A stretch of DNA of 64,000 nucleotides from a bacterium (GTDB lineage Bacteria; Patescibacteriota; Patescibacteriia; JACPHY01). Position numbers and translations under genes: made by a program. How positions within the stretch are numbered: position 1 is the first letter of the stretch; the number at the start of each line of letters is the position of its first letter. The stretch lies in contig JAUSKG010000034.1 of NCBI GenBank assembly GCA_030647005.1, forward strand, positions 4,050 through 68,049, written 5' to 3'. Below, piece by piece: positions 35,541-46,600 of this stretch. Under the pieces are notes generated by a model. It was not told the DNA's origin and did not search any database. It saw only the letters and a program-made list of their open reading frames with translations.

Positions 35541-35708
35541 GCACGACCTCCTCTCTGGAAAGGTGCGCCACCACCGTAGCACTGTTTGTTCCGTGGTGTC
35601 AAGGGCTCGTACAAAGTAAAACCCTCGAGTGGGCTCGAGGGTGAGCAAGCGGTGCCGCAGGATGGGCGATGGACAGGAGGGACGATGGAAATGGAGGGCG
35701 ATGGACGG

Positions 35709-36107
35709 CTACGTGGAAACGATCCTGAGTGGCCGCACTGCTGCGATGACGGTGCAATGGGACGCGAACGTCCCATCGGTGGGCGGGAGCGTGTGCTCGA
35801 CATCCTCAAGGAGGCGGGTGATGAGCTCCTCACGGAGCTGGCATGCGCGGCGTATGCCAAAATCGTCCTTCGGTGCCACGCGCTGCGCGAATGCAATGAG
35901 CTCCTGCGTGTCGAGCACCTCGGGTGCGGGCCGGATGGCCCAAGCGAGGTCTGCTGCGGCGATCGCCATTTGTGCTGCTGCAAGGTGCTTGCCATCTTCC
36001 AGGAGAAGTTCCGCAAGTTTGCGGTGCACGGTGCGGTAGTCAAGGGATCCCGCAGCAATCGCGCCACGGAGTCGTATGATCTCCGCCGTGCGCAATCGTT
36101 CGTGCAT
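35709..36107 (-). CDS. hypothetical protein (helical; paralogous to 35046..35540)
   Basis: GGAGGA SD 8 nt upstream. 132 aa. Confidence 0.45.
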   Translation of the reverse strand: MHERLRTAEIIRLRGAIAAGSLDYRTVHRKLAELLLEDGKHLAAAQMAIAAADLAWAIRPAPEVLDTQELIAFAQRVAPKDDFGIRRACQLREELITRLLEDVEHTLPPTDGTFASHCTVIAAVRPLRIVST

Positions 36108-36187
36108 GGACTGTTTCCTCCATTAAAAGGGCTATGCCACCACCGTACCGTGCCGTCCGAAATGTGTCAAGGATGGACCGTACTCGT

Positions 36188-36211
36188 CTCCGAAGCTGGT
36201 GCGGGAGCACC
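36188..36211 (-). repeat. 26-nt dispersed repeat copy, reverse orientation, immediately 3' of the DUF5667-like gene
   Basis: CTCCGAAGCTGGTGCGGGAGCACC on plus, which is GGTGCTCCCGCACCAGCTTCGGAG on the minus strand. Confidence 0.5.
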
Positions 36212-36223
36212 AAAAATTACGGG

Positions 36224-38893
36224 CTACGGCACGAGCGCGGCAATAACTTTGAGGGGTGCGAGGATGCCGAGCGGTGATGCGGGTGCGTGCTGCTCGCCAG
36301 CGTTTGGTCCTGGACCGGGACCGCCAGCCGGGCCGCGTGCATCCGGTGCATCGAATGAACGCGGGGGCTCGGGGCGACTTCCGTCCCCGCGGCCCTCGAT
36401 GAACCGCTCGAACGGAACCTCGCGGCGCATCTCGACGGGCTGCTGCGGTTCCGATGGACGGAATCCCCGGAGGTCGTCCTTTCGCATACGCGGTTCCGGC
36501 GGGGCGACGAACGAATCAAACTTTTGCGGCTCATCGCCGACGGGTCTCGCCGGAACGGCTGTCTCCACGTCGTGACGCGGTTCCGGTGGGGGGCTCGCGT
36601 CGCCCTCACCCTGTGGTCGGAAGAGCATCGGCTTCCCGTTCGGTCCCATGAGCGGTTGTCCATCAGACCCAACCCCATTGGGACGGAAATCGTTGCCGAA
36701 ACTCGGCCGCCCATCGGGCGTGAACGGCAGGTACGGACGCGACGGATCGTGCGGCTGCTCGCCGGAGAGCTCCTCACGCTTCTCCTCGATGAGCGCGCGG
36801 AATCGCTCCGATGCACCTGGCGACGGCGGGGAAGTGGGGTCCGTACCAAACTGCTCGGGCATGCGCCCCTCGCGGCGAAACTCGGCTTCGAGAGCGCCAT
36901 CGCGCTCCCGGAACTCGAATGGCGGTGCACCGTCGAGCGGCTTTGGTGCGCGATCAAACCCTGGCGTACCAAACGAACCCGGTGCAAACTCCGGCGGCAC
37001 GCCCTCGCCCTCAATCGCGCGGTGGAAATCCTCCCGACGGCGCTTGAACTCCTCCATGGCCTCGGGCGGGAGTCCCATGTCTTCCGGAATATCCCCCTCC
37101 GTACCCTCGAACGCCTCTCGCATCTTCACTTCGAGTTCCATCCGTCGCTCCGCACCCTTCCGCATGAGCTCCTCGCGCTGCTCGCCGATCCTCATGAAGA
37201 ACGATGGATCGCCTGCCTCGAACTGCTGTTTGAGATTCGGGTCAAGCTCAATGGCCTCCTTGATGTGCCCGAGGATCTCGGGATTCTCGAGGTCGTTGAG
37301 GTGCTCCTGGAATCGCTGACGCTGCACCGCGATGGCGCGGTCAATGCCGAGTCCGGGAACGCCGCGCGCACGCAACCCCTCCAGTACTTCGAGCGACTGC
37401 GGGGCGCTCGTGTCCACGAACCGATCGAGGAACTGCTCACCGCCCTCGCGGAACTGACGCTCAAACTGCGCCGTGCCCTCGCGCTCCAATCCCTGGACGA
37501 ACGCGCGCTGCTCCGGCGTGAGTTTCTCCTCCAGTTTCTGCAGCAGGATGAAATCCGTGGGCTCCGGATTCTCGCGGAGCTTCCGCATGAGCTGCTGCGC
37601 TTCACCGGCGACCGCCTCTGCCGCTTCACCCGTTGCGGTCGTCGTACCGGCGAATTGCGCTTTGAACTTTTCGATGGATGTATCTTCACGCCGCTCGATC
37701 TCCGCGCGCACCTCCGGCGGCACGAAATGCTTGAACTGCTCAGCGACACGCACGGCTGTCGTGTCACCCTCCTCGAACCTGCGGAGGAGGTGCTCGCGCG
37801 CACCCTCGCTCGCTCCGGAGAACTCCGTGTTGAACTTCTCCACGGCCTTCGCCTTCATCGCGTCAATCTGTTTGAGGAATGCCGGCGGGAGGTCTCGCGT
37901 CGTGCGCACGTCGTCGAGAATCTCGAAGTGCCGCACCGCATCGCCGGACAAATGTTCAACGTAGTTGCCGAAGCGTTCAGGATCCTCCTCGATCTGCTCA
38001 GCCATGCGGGACACCGCGTGCTCCTGCGCCGCGCGGATGGCCTCGCGGGCCTGCTCCGGCACCTGCTGCTCGAGTTGCTTGAGGACCTCGACGCTCTTGA
38101 AGTTCCTGAACTCGCCACCACGCTGGTTCTCGAGCGCGCGCTCGAATCGCCCGCGGAGGAGCGAGGGATCATCAACGCCGCCCATGACACCTCCCACGTG
38201 CTCGAGGATACCATCGCGACGCTCGGCGATCTGCGCACGGAACTCCTCCGGCGCGTACTCGGCAATGCGCTCCATCGCCTTCTGCTGCGTGAACGAGGTA
38301 TTCGCGACGCGATCGAGGAACCGCTCCACCGCTTCCGGATCGCGATCCTTCCGCTCGCGGAGCTGCTGTGCATCTGCCGCGATCTCCCGCATCCCATCCT
38401 GCGCCTGACGCATGGCACGCTCCACGTCAGCGAACGCACCTGCGTCGCCGCCGCGATCTTCCGCGAGCTTCTGCGCGTCCGCGAGCTCCTGGTTGGCGTA
38501 CTGAAACTTGCGCTCGGCCTTCTTGACCGGATTGAACGTCATCGCGGTCCGAAACCCGCGCCAGAGCCGCTTTGATGCATAGAGCGGGCTGTCCTGGAGC
38601 ACGCGCGCATCCGTAGCACCGAGGTCTGCCGCGCTGACCTCGGCATCGCTCGTCACCGCTTCGGGAATGTCCGCAGTCGCCGCCTCCTCGAGTGCGGCAT
38701 CAACGGCGGCCTCGACCGCTGCGCTCTCATCCGCCGTCTCCGCCGCCGGAGCATCCGGCTCCTGTGCGTGCGCAGGCGGAGCAACCACCGTCAGGCCAAT
38801 AAAAAACGCTACGGCGAGCGTCGTAGCGAAAACGAGGAGCGCGCCCGAACTCGTGTGGAGGCCGCCTGCGTATACGTCGCGAGTTCCCTGCAT
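36224..38893 (-). CDS. DUF5667-like secreted / membrane-anchored helical protein with Pro/Glu-rich C-terminal half
   Basis: N-terminal TM or signal segment, then DSPLYASKRLWRGFRTAMTFNPVKKAERKFQYANQELADAQKL, the DUF5667 signature common in CPR genomes. 889 aa, highly charged, with a Pro-rich tail. Confidence 0.6.
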   Translation of the reverse strand: MQGTRDVYAGGLHTSSGALLVFATTLAVAFFIGLTVVAPPAHAQEPDAPAAETADESAAVEAAVDAALEEAATADIPEAVTSDAEVSAADLGATDARVLQDSPLYASKRLWRGFRTAMTFNPVKKAERKFQYANQELADAQKLAEDRGGDAGAFADVERAMRQAQDGMREIAADAQQLRERKDRDPEAVERFLDRVANTSFTQQKAMERIAEYAPEEFRAQIAERRDGILEHVGGVMGGVDDPSLLRGRFERALENQRGGEFRNFKSVEVLKQLEQQVPEQAREAIRAAQEHAVSRMAEQIEEDPERFGNYVEHLSGDAVRHFEILDDVRTTRDLPPAFLKQIDAMKAKAVEKFNTEFSGASEGAREHLLRRFEEGDTTAVRVAEQFKHFVPPEVRAEIERREDTSIEKFKAQFAGTTTATGEAAEAVAGEAQQLMRKLRENPEPTDFILLQKLEEKLTPEQRAFVQGLEREGTAQFERQFREGGEQFLDRFVDTSAPQSLEVLEGLRARGVPGLGIDRAIAVQRQRFQEHLNDLENPEILGHIKEAIELDPNLKQQFEAGDPSFFMRIGEQREELMRKGAERRMELEVKMREAFEGTEGDIPEDMGLPPEAMEEFKRRREDFHRAIEGEGVPPEFAPGSFGTPGFDRAPKPLDGAPPFEFRERDGALEAEFRREGRMPEQFGTDPTSPPSPGASERFRALIEEKREELSGEQPHDPSRPYLPFTPDGRPSFGNDFRPNGVGSDGQPLMGPNGKPMLFRPQGEGDASPPPEPRHDVETAVPARPVGDEPQKFDSFVAPPEPRMRKDDLRGFRPSEPQQPVEMRREVPFERFIEGRGDGSRPEPPRSFDAPDARGPAGGPGPGPNAGEQHAPASPLGILAPLKVIAALVP

Positions 38894-39029
38894 AGATGTG
38901 GTCGCCGGGACGATCGCGCGGTGCGCTATCCCCAGGCAGTGATGTTTGTCTTTCCTCTAGTATACCACACTTTCCCCGTCAAGACGAAGAACATGAAGAG
39001 CGGACTCCGTGAGGAGTCCGCTCGAATCG

Positions 39030-39404
39030 TCATGCATTGCTCGGCGTGGGCGGTGCGCGCAACGCTGCGAGCTCGCACGCACGCCTCAGGCGCGGTGCCT
39101 CATCAAACCCGAAGAACCGCGTGTGGGGGTGCCGCGCCACGAGCGCGCTGAGAATCCGCTGCTCGTCGCTCACGAGCCGCGAGATAGCGACTGCGGCACG
39201 ACGATCGTAGTCGTTGCACTCGGCGATGCGCTTGCGCATACGACAGCGGCGCAGTGCGGGCAGCAGGCGTACGAAATCCTCGCTGAACCACGTCGCGATC
39301 TCGTCCTCCGTCACCGCGCCGGCGAGATCGAACAGTCGCTCGAGCACCGCTTCTTCCACTTCGGTGAGCGGGGGGTCATCCCGCGTCGTTGCACTCTGGA
39401 ACAT
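39030..39404 (-). CDS. hypothetical protein
   Basis: GGGAGG SD; 124 aa. Confidence 0.4.
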   Translation of the reverse strand: MFQSATTRDDPPLTEVEEAVLERLFDLAGAVTEDEIATWFSEDFVRLLPALRRCRMRKRIAECNDYDRRAAVAISRLVSDEQRILSALVARHPHTRFFGFDEAPRLRRACELAALRAPPTPSNA

Positions 39405-39453
39405 GGTCCACCTCCCTCTGGAAAGGACAGCCCCGTCTCCTCAGAGCGTACTC

Positions 39454-39705
39454 CTACCCGTTCCCGATCGGGAGTGTGGAGAAGTAGCCGAGATCGAAGA
39501 ATAGCTCGATGAACGGCGCGCAGAGGAGCAGCGCGAGCATGGCGATGATACCGACCGCGTTGACCGCGATGATCGGAGCGATCACCAGGAAGAGGAACCG
39601 CTCGGGCCCATCCTCTTTTGACCAGTACCGCCGCACCCAGTAGATCTCCCACGCTACCAGTGCCCACACCCATGTGAAGATACCAAACATCGCAAACCAC
39701 GACAT
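39454..39705 (-). CDS. small membrane protein, hypothetical
   Basis: 83 aa with two hydrophobic helices. Confidence 0.4.
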   Translation of the reverse strand: MSWFAMFGIFTWVWALVAWEIYWVRRYWSKEDGPERFLFLVIAPIIAVNAVGIIAMLALLLCAPFIELFFDLGYFSTLPIGNG

Positions 39706-39790
39706 GGTGCCTCCCTTGTTCCTCAGGGAACCTGCGGTAAAGTCCGCAGTGTCAACCGTAGCACATCACACGCGCGGTGTCAATCGTTGC

Positions 39791-40069
39791 GGCATTGCGA
39801 GGGAGTCCACGATTCTCTGTCATTGCGAGGAGTCCGCGACGTGGCAATTCCGGTCATACCAGCACAAAGGTGAAAGCCGGGTGCACTGCATGACCGGGAT
39901 TGCTTCGATCGGGGACTCCTCGCAATGACAGCGATGGAGTGCCATGTTCCTTTCATTGCGAGGAACGAGTCCGCGAGTGACGCGGCAATCCCGGCCATGC
40001 CGTGTACAAGGTGAAAGCCGGGTGCACTGCATGACCGGGATTTCCACGTCGCGGACTCCTCGCAATGAC
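39791..40069. repeat. tandem cluster of MITE-like palindromic elements: partial arm (39791..39817) plus two full copies (39819..39929, 39953..40069)
   Basis: Both full copies have GTCATTGCGAGG...CTCGCAATGAC termini and the core AAGGTGAAAGCCGGGTGCACTGC. They are separated by 23 nt of unique sequence. Confidence 0.85.
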
Positions 40070-40074
40070 AGCGC

Positions 40075-40545
40075 TCACCGAATGCGCAGCGTGGCTTTCA
40101 GCGATTGGAGCCGCGCGTAGAACCCGCTCGTGTGGATGGAATCCAGGCCGAGGCGCACGCTGTCGTAGTGGTGGACCCACTCGTGGAGGAGCGTGTCGAG
40201 GAACGTCTTTGCCGCGAGGAGCTGGCCGCGCACGGCGGTACGATTGGTGATGTATACGTAGCGCGTTGCCGGTTTGTAGTACCCGTACTGCTTGAACACC
40301 GTCCGCCCGCCGCGCTTCTTGTGGTACTGGTGCGCGTCGGATATCGTCACGCGGGCGATGATGTCCATCGCCGCCCCGTCGCACAGCGCGTCGCACAGCT
40401 CTTGTGCGACGCGCTGCCGATGTTCGGTCTCCAGAGGTCCCGTGAGGATCTGCTTCGCGAGTGCGCGCGCCTCCCGTGATGCGCGGAAGTCCACCTCCCG
40501 AATCCGATTGCTCGCCACGTAGTTGCGCTGAGACGCCATACTCAC
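40075..40545 (-). CDS. SprT-like zinc-metalloprotease-domain protein
   Basis: C-terminal region TFLDTLLHEWVHH contains HExxH in a SprT-like context. 156 aa. Confidence 0.45.
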   Translation of the reverse strand: MSMASQRNYVASNRIREVDFRASREARALAKQILTGPLETEHRQRVAQELCDALCDGAAMDIIARVTISDAHQYHKKRGGRTVFKQYGYYKPATRYVYITNRTAVRGQLLAAKTFLDTLLHEWVHHYDSVRLGLDSIHTSGFYARLQSLKATLRIR

Positions 40546-40682
40546 GCGGGCGGGTATAAAACCCGCCCCTACGCCGTTACTTCGGAGGGGAGGAGTTCAT
40601 TCCATCGTCGCGTTATGCGTCTCCGTAGGGGAGGGGTTTACCCCCTCCCATCCGGGCTCCCCCTGAAGCTGGCGCGGGAGCG
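40546..40682 (-). repeat. composite repeat: GCGGGTATAAAACCCGC hairpin + GGGAGGGGGTAAACCCCTCCC hairpin + 26-nt repeat, reverse orientation; overlaps the 3' end of the giant ORF
   Basis: The same ordered pair of hairpins recurs at 60682..60784. The 26-nt element lies at 40661..40682. Confidence 0.5.
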
Positions 40683-43600
40683 TCAAAGAACGCGCGATGT
40701 CGGCCCATGCGGATGGGATGATGGCGGTGATGCCGACTGATTCCGGTGCGTCTGCGACCGCTACGACATCCGTCTCGCGGGCATCGGAGGTTTTGGGGGA
40801 TGACGGCTCCACGATGATCTGCACGGTGTCCGCCGCTGATGCGCCACCGTTGTCCACGACTTCGAGGATGACGGACGTCGTTCCAATCGGCGCGGCGTAC
40901 TCCAGCTGCGCGCCGGAGCCGATGTACTCCCGACCGACGCGCCAGCGCAAGCGCGCGATGGACCCGTCTGCATCACGCGAGCGCGATCCATCGAGGGTGA
41001 CGGTGACCACTCCGTCGCCATCGTCATCGCGCACGGTTTGATCTTCGCCCGCGTGTGCAACCGGCATCGTATTGAGCCCAACCATGCTGCGCCAGGCACT
41101 CAGCACCGCGCGGTTGTTCAGCTCATCGAGCTCCGCGATGGCATCGTTCGGGTCAACGGTGAGCTCGAGGATCGCCGCGCCTTCCGGTGGGGTGGTCGCG
41201 TAGACGCCGAGCGGCCGCGGGAGGCCGACGGTGTCCGGAATCGCGGACGTCATCTGGAACCGCCAGTCCGGTTCGAGGGCATCCTGCGTGCGCAGGTAGT
41301 GCTGCCCAAGCGGCAGCCCGCTCCCACCCCGCCACTGGAGCCGCCAGGTGAACGCGGGACTGATCACACCACCGCGATTCGTGAGGATGATGCGGAGCGC
41401 GCCGCTCTCGTCCACGCTGAGGTCGAGGATGGCAAGATCCACCGGACGATCCGGCTCGAACACCGCGAGCGTCGTGCGGGCCTGTGCCTCCCGCCCGTCG
41501 GCATCGCGTACCTGCACGGTGGCGGCAATGAGCCCGCCGGCATCGAACCGACGCTGGATGGTCGGCGAAGCACCAACGACGCCGTCTGCAAAACGCCAGG
41601 AGACCGTGTACGGCTTGCGACCGCCGGTGATCGCCGCGTGGTAGGTTGCGGAGAGCGGCGCGGGACCGGATGCCGGATCAACCGTCGCCGTCACCGCGAG
41701 CGGCGCGACGCGCACCACCGGCGTGCGCTCCGCGACTGGCGCGATATCCGGTGTGATGACTCCTGCCTCCTTCGGGCTGCTCGGTTCCTCAGGCACATCC
41801 GTCACCAGCTCGGGCTCGTCAACGATGGTCGGCTCGCGTGGAGGCACTGCGGGTTCCGGTATGCGACCCTCGGCCTCCTCGGGAATGGTGATCGTGACGT
41901 CATTGTCGGACTCGTTCACCTCAACAATTGCGTTTGGCCCATCCACGGTGATGAGGAGCTCCACCGCCCCGCTCGGCACGGTGCGCAGGAATTGCGGGAA
42001 GGTCTGCCCCGCGCCGCTCCCACGGTGCGGGAAGAACGTCGCGCCGAGGTCACCTGCGAAGGTAATCGTCTGTGGATCTCCGGGCGCGAACGCTTGCGCG
42101 GGCGCATCGTGCCAGAACCGCACCGCACCTACGGACAGCCCAAGCGTGTCGGTCCAGGTGAACCAGTACGACAACGGTACGCCGATGTCACCGATTGCCG
42201 CGCCATCGTTCACGACCGTGACGGTGACGGCGCGGGCGTCGTCCGCATACGTCGCGGACACGGCGCGAAGGTTGGGGAGCGGCGGCTGCTCCGCCTGCAC
42301 ACTCGCCACCGGAACCGGGAGCGTCGCGACGTTGTTGAGCTCATGCTGCTCGGCAATGCGACCATCACCGTCCGCGACGATGCGCAGGTGTGTGGCGCCC
42401 GCTGGCGGGTGCGCGAGGAATACCGCGAGATTCTCCGTCCGATGTCGCGTGAAGATGAGGAGGAACCGCTCGCGGTAGGTGACGGAGAGTAGGCCGGTCC
42501 CGAGCGACTTCGCATCGCCTGCGGCGAGCGCGTGGAGGGTGAGTGTACGCACCGCACCAAGAGGAACCACACGGTCATCCACCCACGCGAGCTGGAGCGT
42601 GGACGACGGTGCCTCCGCGTCCCCGTCATTGCGCACGACGAACGCGAGCGTACCATCTTCCTCCCACGCTGCGGAGGACAGCAGGAGGTCCGGGAGTGCG
42701 GCCGCACCTACCTGCGTCGCGCCAGTGAGCGCACCGAGTATCGTGCCGACGGTATCCCGCGCGCGCGATGCGATGCGCGTCGCCGTCTCCGCGGGCAGAC
42801 GCGCAATCGTGAGGGTCACCTGTTTGCAGTTGTTCGACTCATCGGACTCCGCGATCTCCTTATTGACATCTATGCACACCTCGAACGCGTGGTTGCCGGA
42901 CGTGGCCTCCCAAGCGTCGGCCCACGTGATGGTTCCTTCCGCCGCCTTCGCGAGCGTCGGGAGTGCCTCCGTGGACGGGAAGGCATCCGGAACACCGTCA
43001 TTGTTCAAATCCACAACCAACCACGCAGTCGTCGCCGCAACATCCGCCGATCCGCTATTCCGGATCGTCGCCGTAAACGACACCGCCTGCCCGGTCATCG
43101 GCACGGCAGGTGACGCAACGACACGCACCATCACGAGGTCCGGCCCGATGGTGACCGGTTCTGGTTCGGGTTCCGGCTCGGGTTCTGGTTCCGGTTCCGG
43201 CTCTGGTGCCACGACCGGGCGCGTGAGCACGCGGGCATTATTCTGCTCGTTGGCTTCTGTCACCGCGTCCTTCGGATCCACCACGATGCGCAACTGCATC
43301 GCGTGCACGGGAGGCGCGGCGATGAAGTTTGCGTAGTATCCGGTCCAACCAATGGTCCCCAGGTCTTTCGCCGCGCCGCGGGAGAGCCCCATGAAGTCCC
43401 GCGTCTCTTCCGCAAGAACGGTGCCATCACGATCGAGCCATGCAATCGTCGCACTCGTACCCACCGTGCGCACGGCACCGTCATTACGCACGACGAGTCG
43501 TAGTCCCGCATCCGTCAGTGCGGCATCGGCAATGGCGAGATCGGCGACCCCGAGCGGCCATCGGTCCGACGTAAGACGATTGTTGTCTTCGCGCTCCTCT

Positions 43601-46600
43601 GCGATCCGGTTGTCCGGGTCCACGATGAGCTCGATACCTGCGGCACCTGTTGGCGGATCGAGCACGTACTCACCAAACGGCCGCGGTGTCCCCGTCCGAT
43701 CACCGACGTCGCTCATCATGGCGTAGAAGCTCCCCGCGCGCTGCGCATCGTGCGGCTGGCGGTACGGTGGTACAGCAATGCGCGCACCGGAGGCGTCCAA
43801 CCACGCGAGCTCCCACGTGTACGCCGGCGCGGGAACTGTTCCCTCCACTTGCATGTTCACGATGAGTCGCTCGTCGTCGGTCACGCTGATGAGATTCGCC
43901 TTGAGATCCGACAGCGGCGCACCGGCAAAGGGAACATCGAAGGTATTGTTCGATTCGTCCGCTTCCGTCAGCTTGCCCGCCGGATCAACCGTAAACCGAA
44001 TCTGCGTTGCACCCGCGGGCGGGTCCTTGAAGAACTGCACCTCGGGGCCGTAGCCGGAGTCCTTGTACGCGAAGAGGAGCTGGTAGCGGTGGAGAAACTG
44101 CTTCTGGAGACCGTCACCGCGACCGATGTACGGCGCGCCAAGGAGCGTACCGGAAGCATCGGCCCACTGCATAGACCAGAAGAACACGGGTGATGCAATC
44201 TCGCCGACGTTGCGGACATCGAGTCCATAGATATCACCGTCGGCATTCGTGAAGAGCTTGGGGACACCGGTGATCGTGAGATCCGGCAGCGCGCTCCGGT
44301 CCGGACGATCGAAGGTCACGCGGTTGTTCTCCTCGTTCTTCTCCGCGATTGCATGATCCGGATCCATCGTCACGCGGAGCGTGCGCGCCGCATCCGGCGG
44401 CGATGCGAGCAGCTCGCCCGCGCGACCCACACCGCGTTCGATGATGATCGAACGGCCACTGCGCGAGGAGAGCTGCGGCCCGTCCACGCGGACCGACGCG
44501 CCCACGACCGTGCCTTCCGCATCGAGCCACGCGAACTCCCACACGAATGCCTGGACGTCCTGCTTCCCCTTGTTCCAGAGCGTCGCCGAGAAGCTGTCCA
44601 TGCCCAGCGCAGGTTCGCCGAACTCGAGATCGGGCTGCTGCACGATGACGAGTGCCGCGCGCGCGGTGTTATTCTGCTCATCGTGCTCGCGGAGCACATG
44701 CTCAGGATCAGCGGTGATCTCCAGCCCGCTCGCGTTCGCTGGCGGATCGGCGAGGAGGCCCGCCAAGGGTGTCTGCTCCTGTGCGAGACCGGTCGCGGTC
44801 CACAGAGGTGACGTGAGCGTGGTGGTTGCTGCGGTGAACGTCCGCGATGCACCAGATGCGAGCGCGGCGGTGTCCAACCAGTACCGACCGTACGAACCGG
44901 CAAAGTGCACTGCGATGCGGATGCGTCCCTCACGATCTCCGGCGGGCGCGTCGCCGACATTCGTCACCGTGAACGTCGCGCCGTCGCGCGTGACGGCAAC
45001 GTCGCGCACAACGAGGTCTGCGAGTTTCCGTCGCGCAGCAACGTCCGCGCTGTTGTTCTCCTCCGAGGACTCCGCGATGGCATTGCCCGCATCAATCGTC
45101 ACGCGGAGTGCCGCAGCCCCCGTCGGCGACAACGCGAGCGAGCGCTCATCGTACCCGTACCCGTCGTAGCGCAAGGTGCGAACTTCGGTGGCCCCGGGGC
45201 TGAGGAAGCCCGTCCCGCGGGTGACGGTCGGCGTGCCGAGTACCCCGCCGGCGGCATCCACCCACTGGAGCGTGAGCGTGGCGGGCGTGGCGCGCGCTGC
45301 ACCACGATTTGCGATGGTGATACGGAACGTGTCGCCGCTCGCCTCGATGCCGGTTGCTGCGGCAACGAGCTGGAGGTCCGGCAGCGGGAGCGGCAGGGTG
45401 ACGATGTTGTGCTCCTCATCCCGCTCGGGAATTGCATCCGTCACATCTGCCGTGATGCGGAGTGCGGTTGCGGTGCTCGGTCGCTGCTGGAGGAACTGCG
45501 CGAGCGATTGGCTCGATGGTTGGGGACGATGATTGGCGTAGGCGAAGGAGAGCATCGTATCGGCCGCGCTCATGCGCGCGGATGTTCCAGGTGCAATGGG
45601 GAGCATCGTGAGGACGCGCTCGCCGCCGGGAATGGGAGTGCCGCTGCCGTCCAGCCAGAGGAGGCCGACGGAGACATCACCGCCCGTGATGCCCGGCCCA
45701 TCGTTCACCACCGCGAACGTGAGCGATGCATCCACGAGGTGCGCGTCCGCAATGCGGAGATCGGCGCGCGGACGTTCGAGGAGCACCGCGTTGTTCCCGT
45801 CGTTCGTCTCGCGAATCACATGGTCCGGATCGAGCGTGAGGTGGAGGTGCGTCGCATCGCGCGGTGGCATCCGGAGCACCTCGGTGAGGGCGATCGTCGA
45901 GACCTGCGTGCGACCCCACCACCCGCCCCGGAACTCGTACGACACCTGCACATCACGCGCATGGAGTGTGATGCGTCCACCCGCGACGATCGGCGCGAGG
46001 TCCACGAAGTAGCGCTGGCCCGTCGCCTGCCGATCTGCCGTGCGCCACACGATGTCCGCGCGCACGCGCGCGCCATCCGTTGCGCCTGCGCCGTCATTCT
46101 GCACGGTGAAGACGAGATCGTCCGCGGTGAGCGATGCACCCACGATGGTGAGGTCTGCGAGTGCGGATGGTTGCGGCGGGGGCGGCGGGAGCGCGGGTGC
46201 GTCGAGCACCGCGATGTTGTTCAACTCATCGGACTCGTCGAGCGTCCCTGCGCTGTCGAGTGCGACCCGAAGGAATGCCGCGCCATCCGGTCGGTCGGTG
46301 AGGAACGCGGCGAGCGACTGTGTCTCCATGCTCCGGAGCAGACCGCTCCGGTAGGATACCGTGGACGTTGCCGAAGAGATGCCGGTCGTCGCACCGGCAT
46401 CGAGTGCGGGGTACGCGATGGAGCGTGGGGAACCGAGCGGTTGGCGTTCCCCGTCCAACCACTGGAATGCGACGTGGAATGCACTCCCGATGCGCGTCGT
46501 GCCGATGTTGGAGACCCGTGCCGCAAACGCACCGGCATCACCGCCGACAAAACCCGCTTCCGTGATGGCGAGGTCGGGGAGCGGGAGGTGCACGACCGCC

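Noticed and set aside
36524-38575. 683-aa plus-strand ORF opposite the DUF5667-like gene
   Set aside because: The minus-strand product has a signal/TM segment and the DUF5667 motif; the plus frame is Leu/Arg-rich antisense.
39791-40069. Possible CRISPR array, given the tandem repeated elements
   Set aside because: The repeats are 111-117-nt palindromic MITE-like elements with internal inverted arms. Only two copies are adjacent, with a 23-nt spacer. Other copies are dispersed singly, and there are no cas genes.
43140-43210. (GGTTCN)n microsatellite-like DNA repeat
   Set aside because: It is the coding sequence of the (PE)n linker in the giant protein, not an independent non-coding repeat. 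It is mentioned only as a possible length-variation site.
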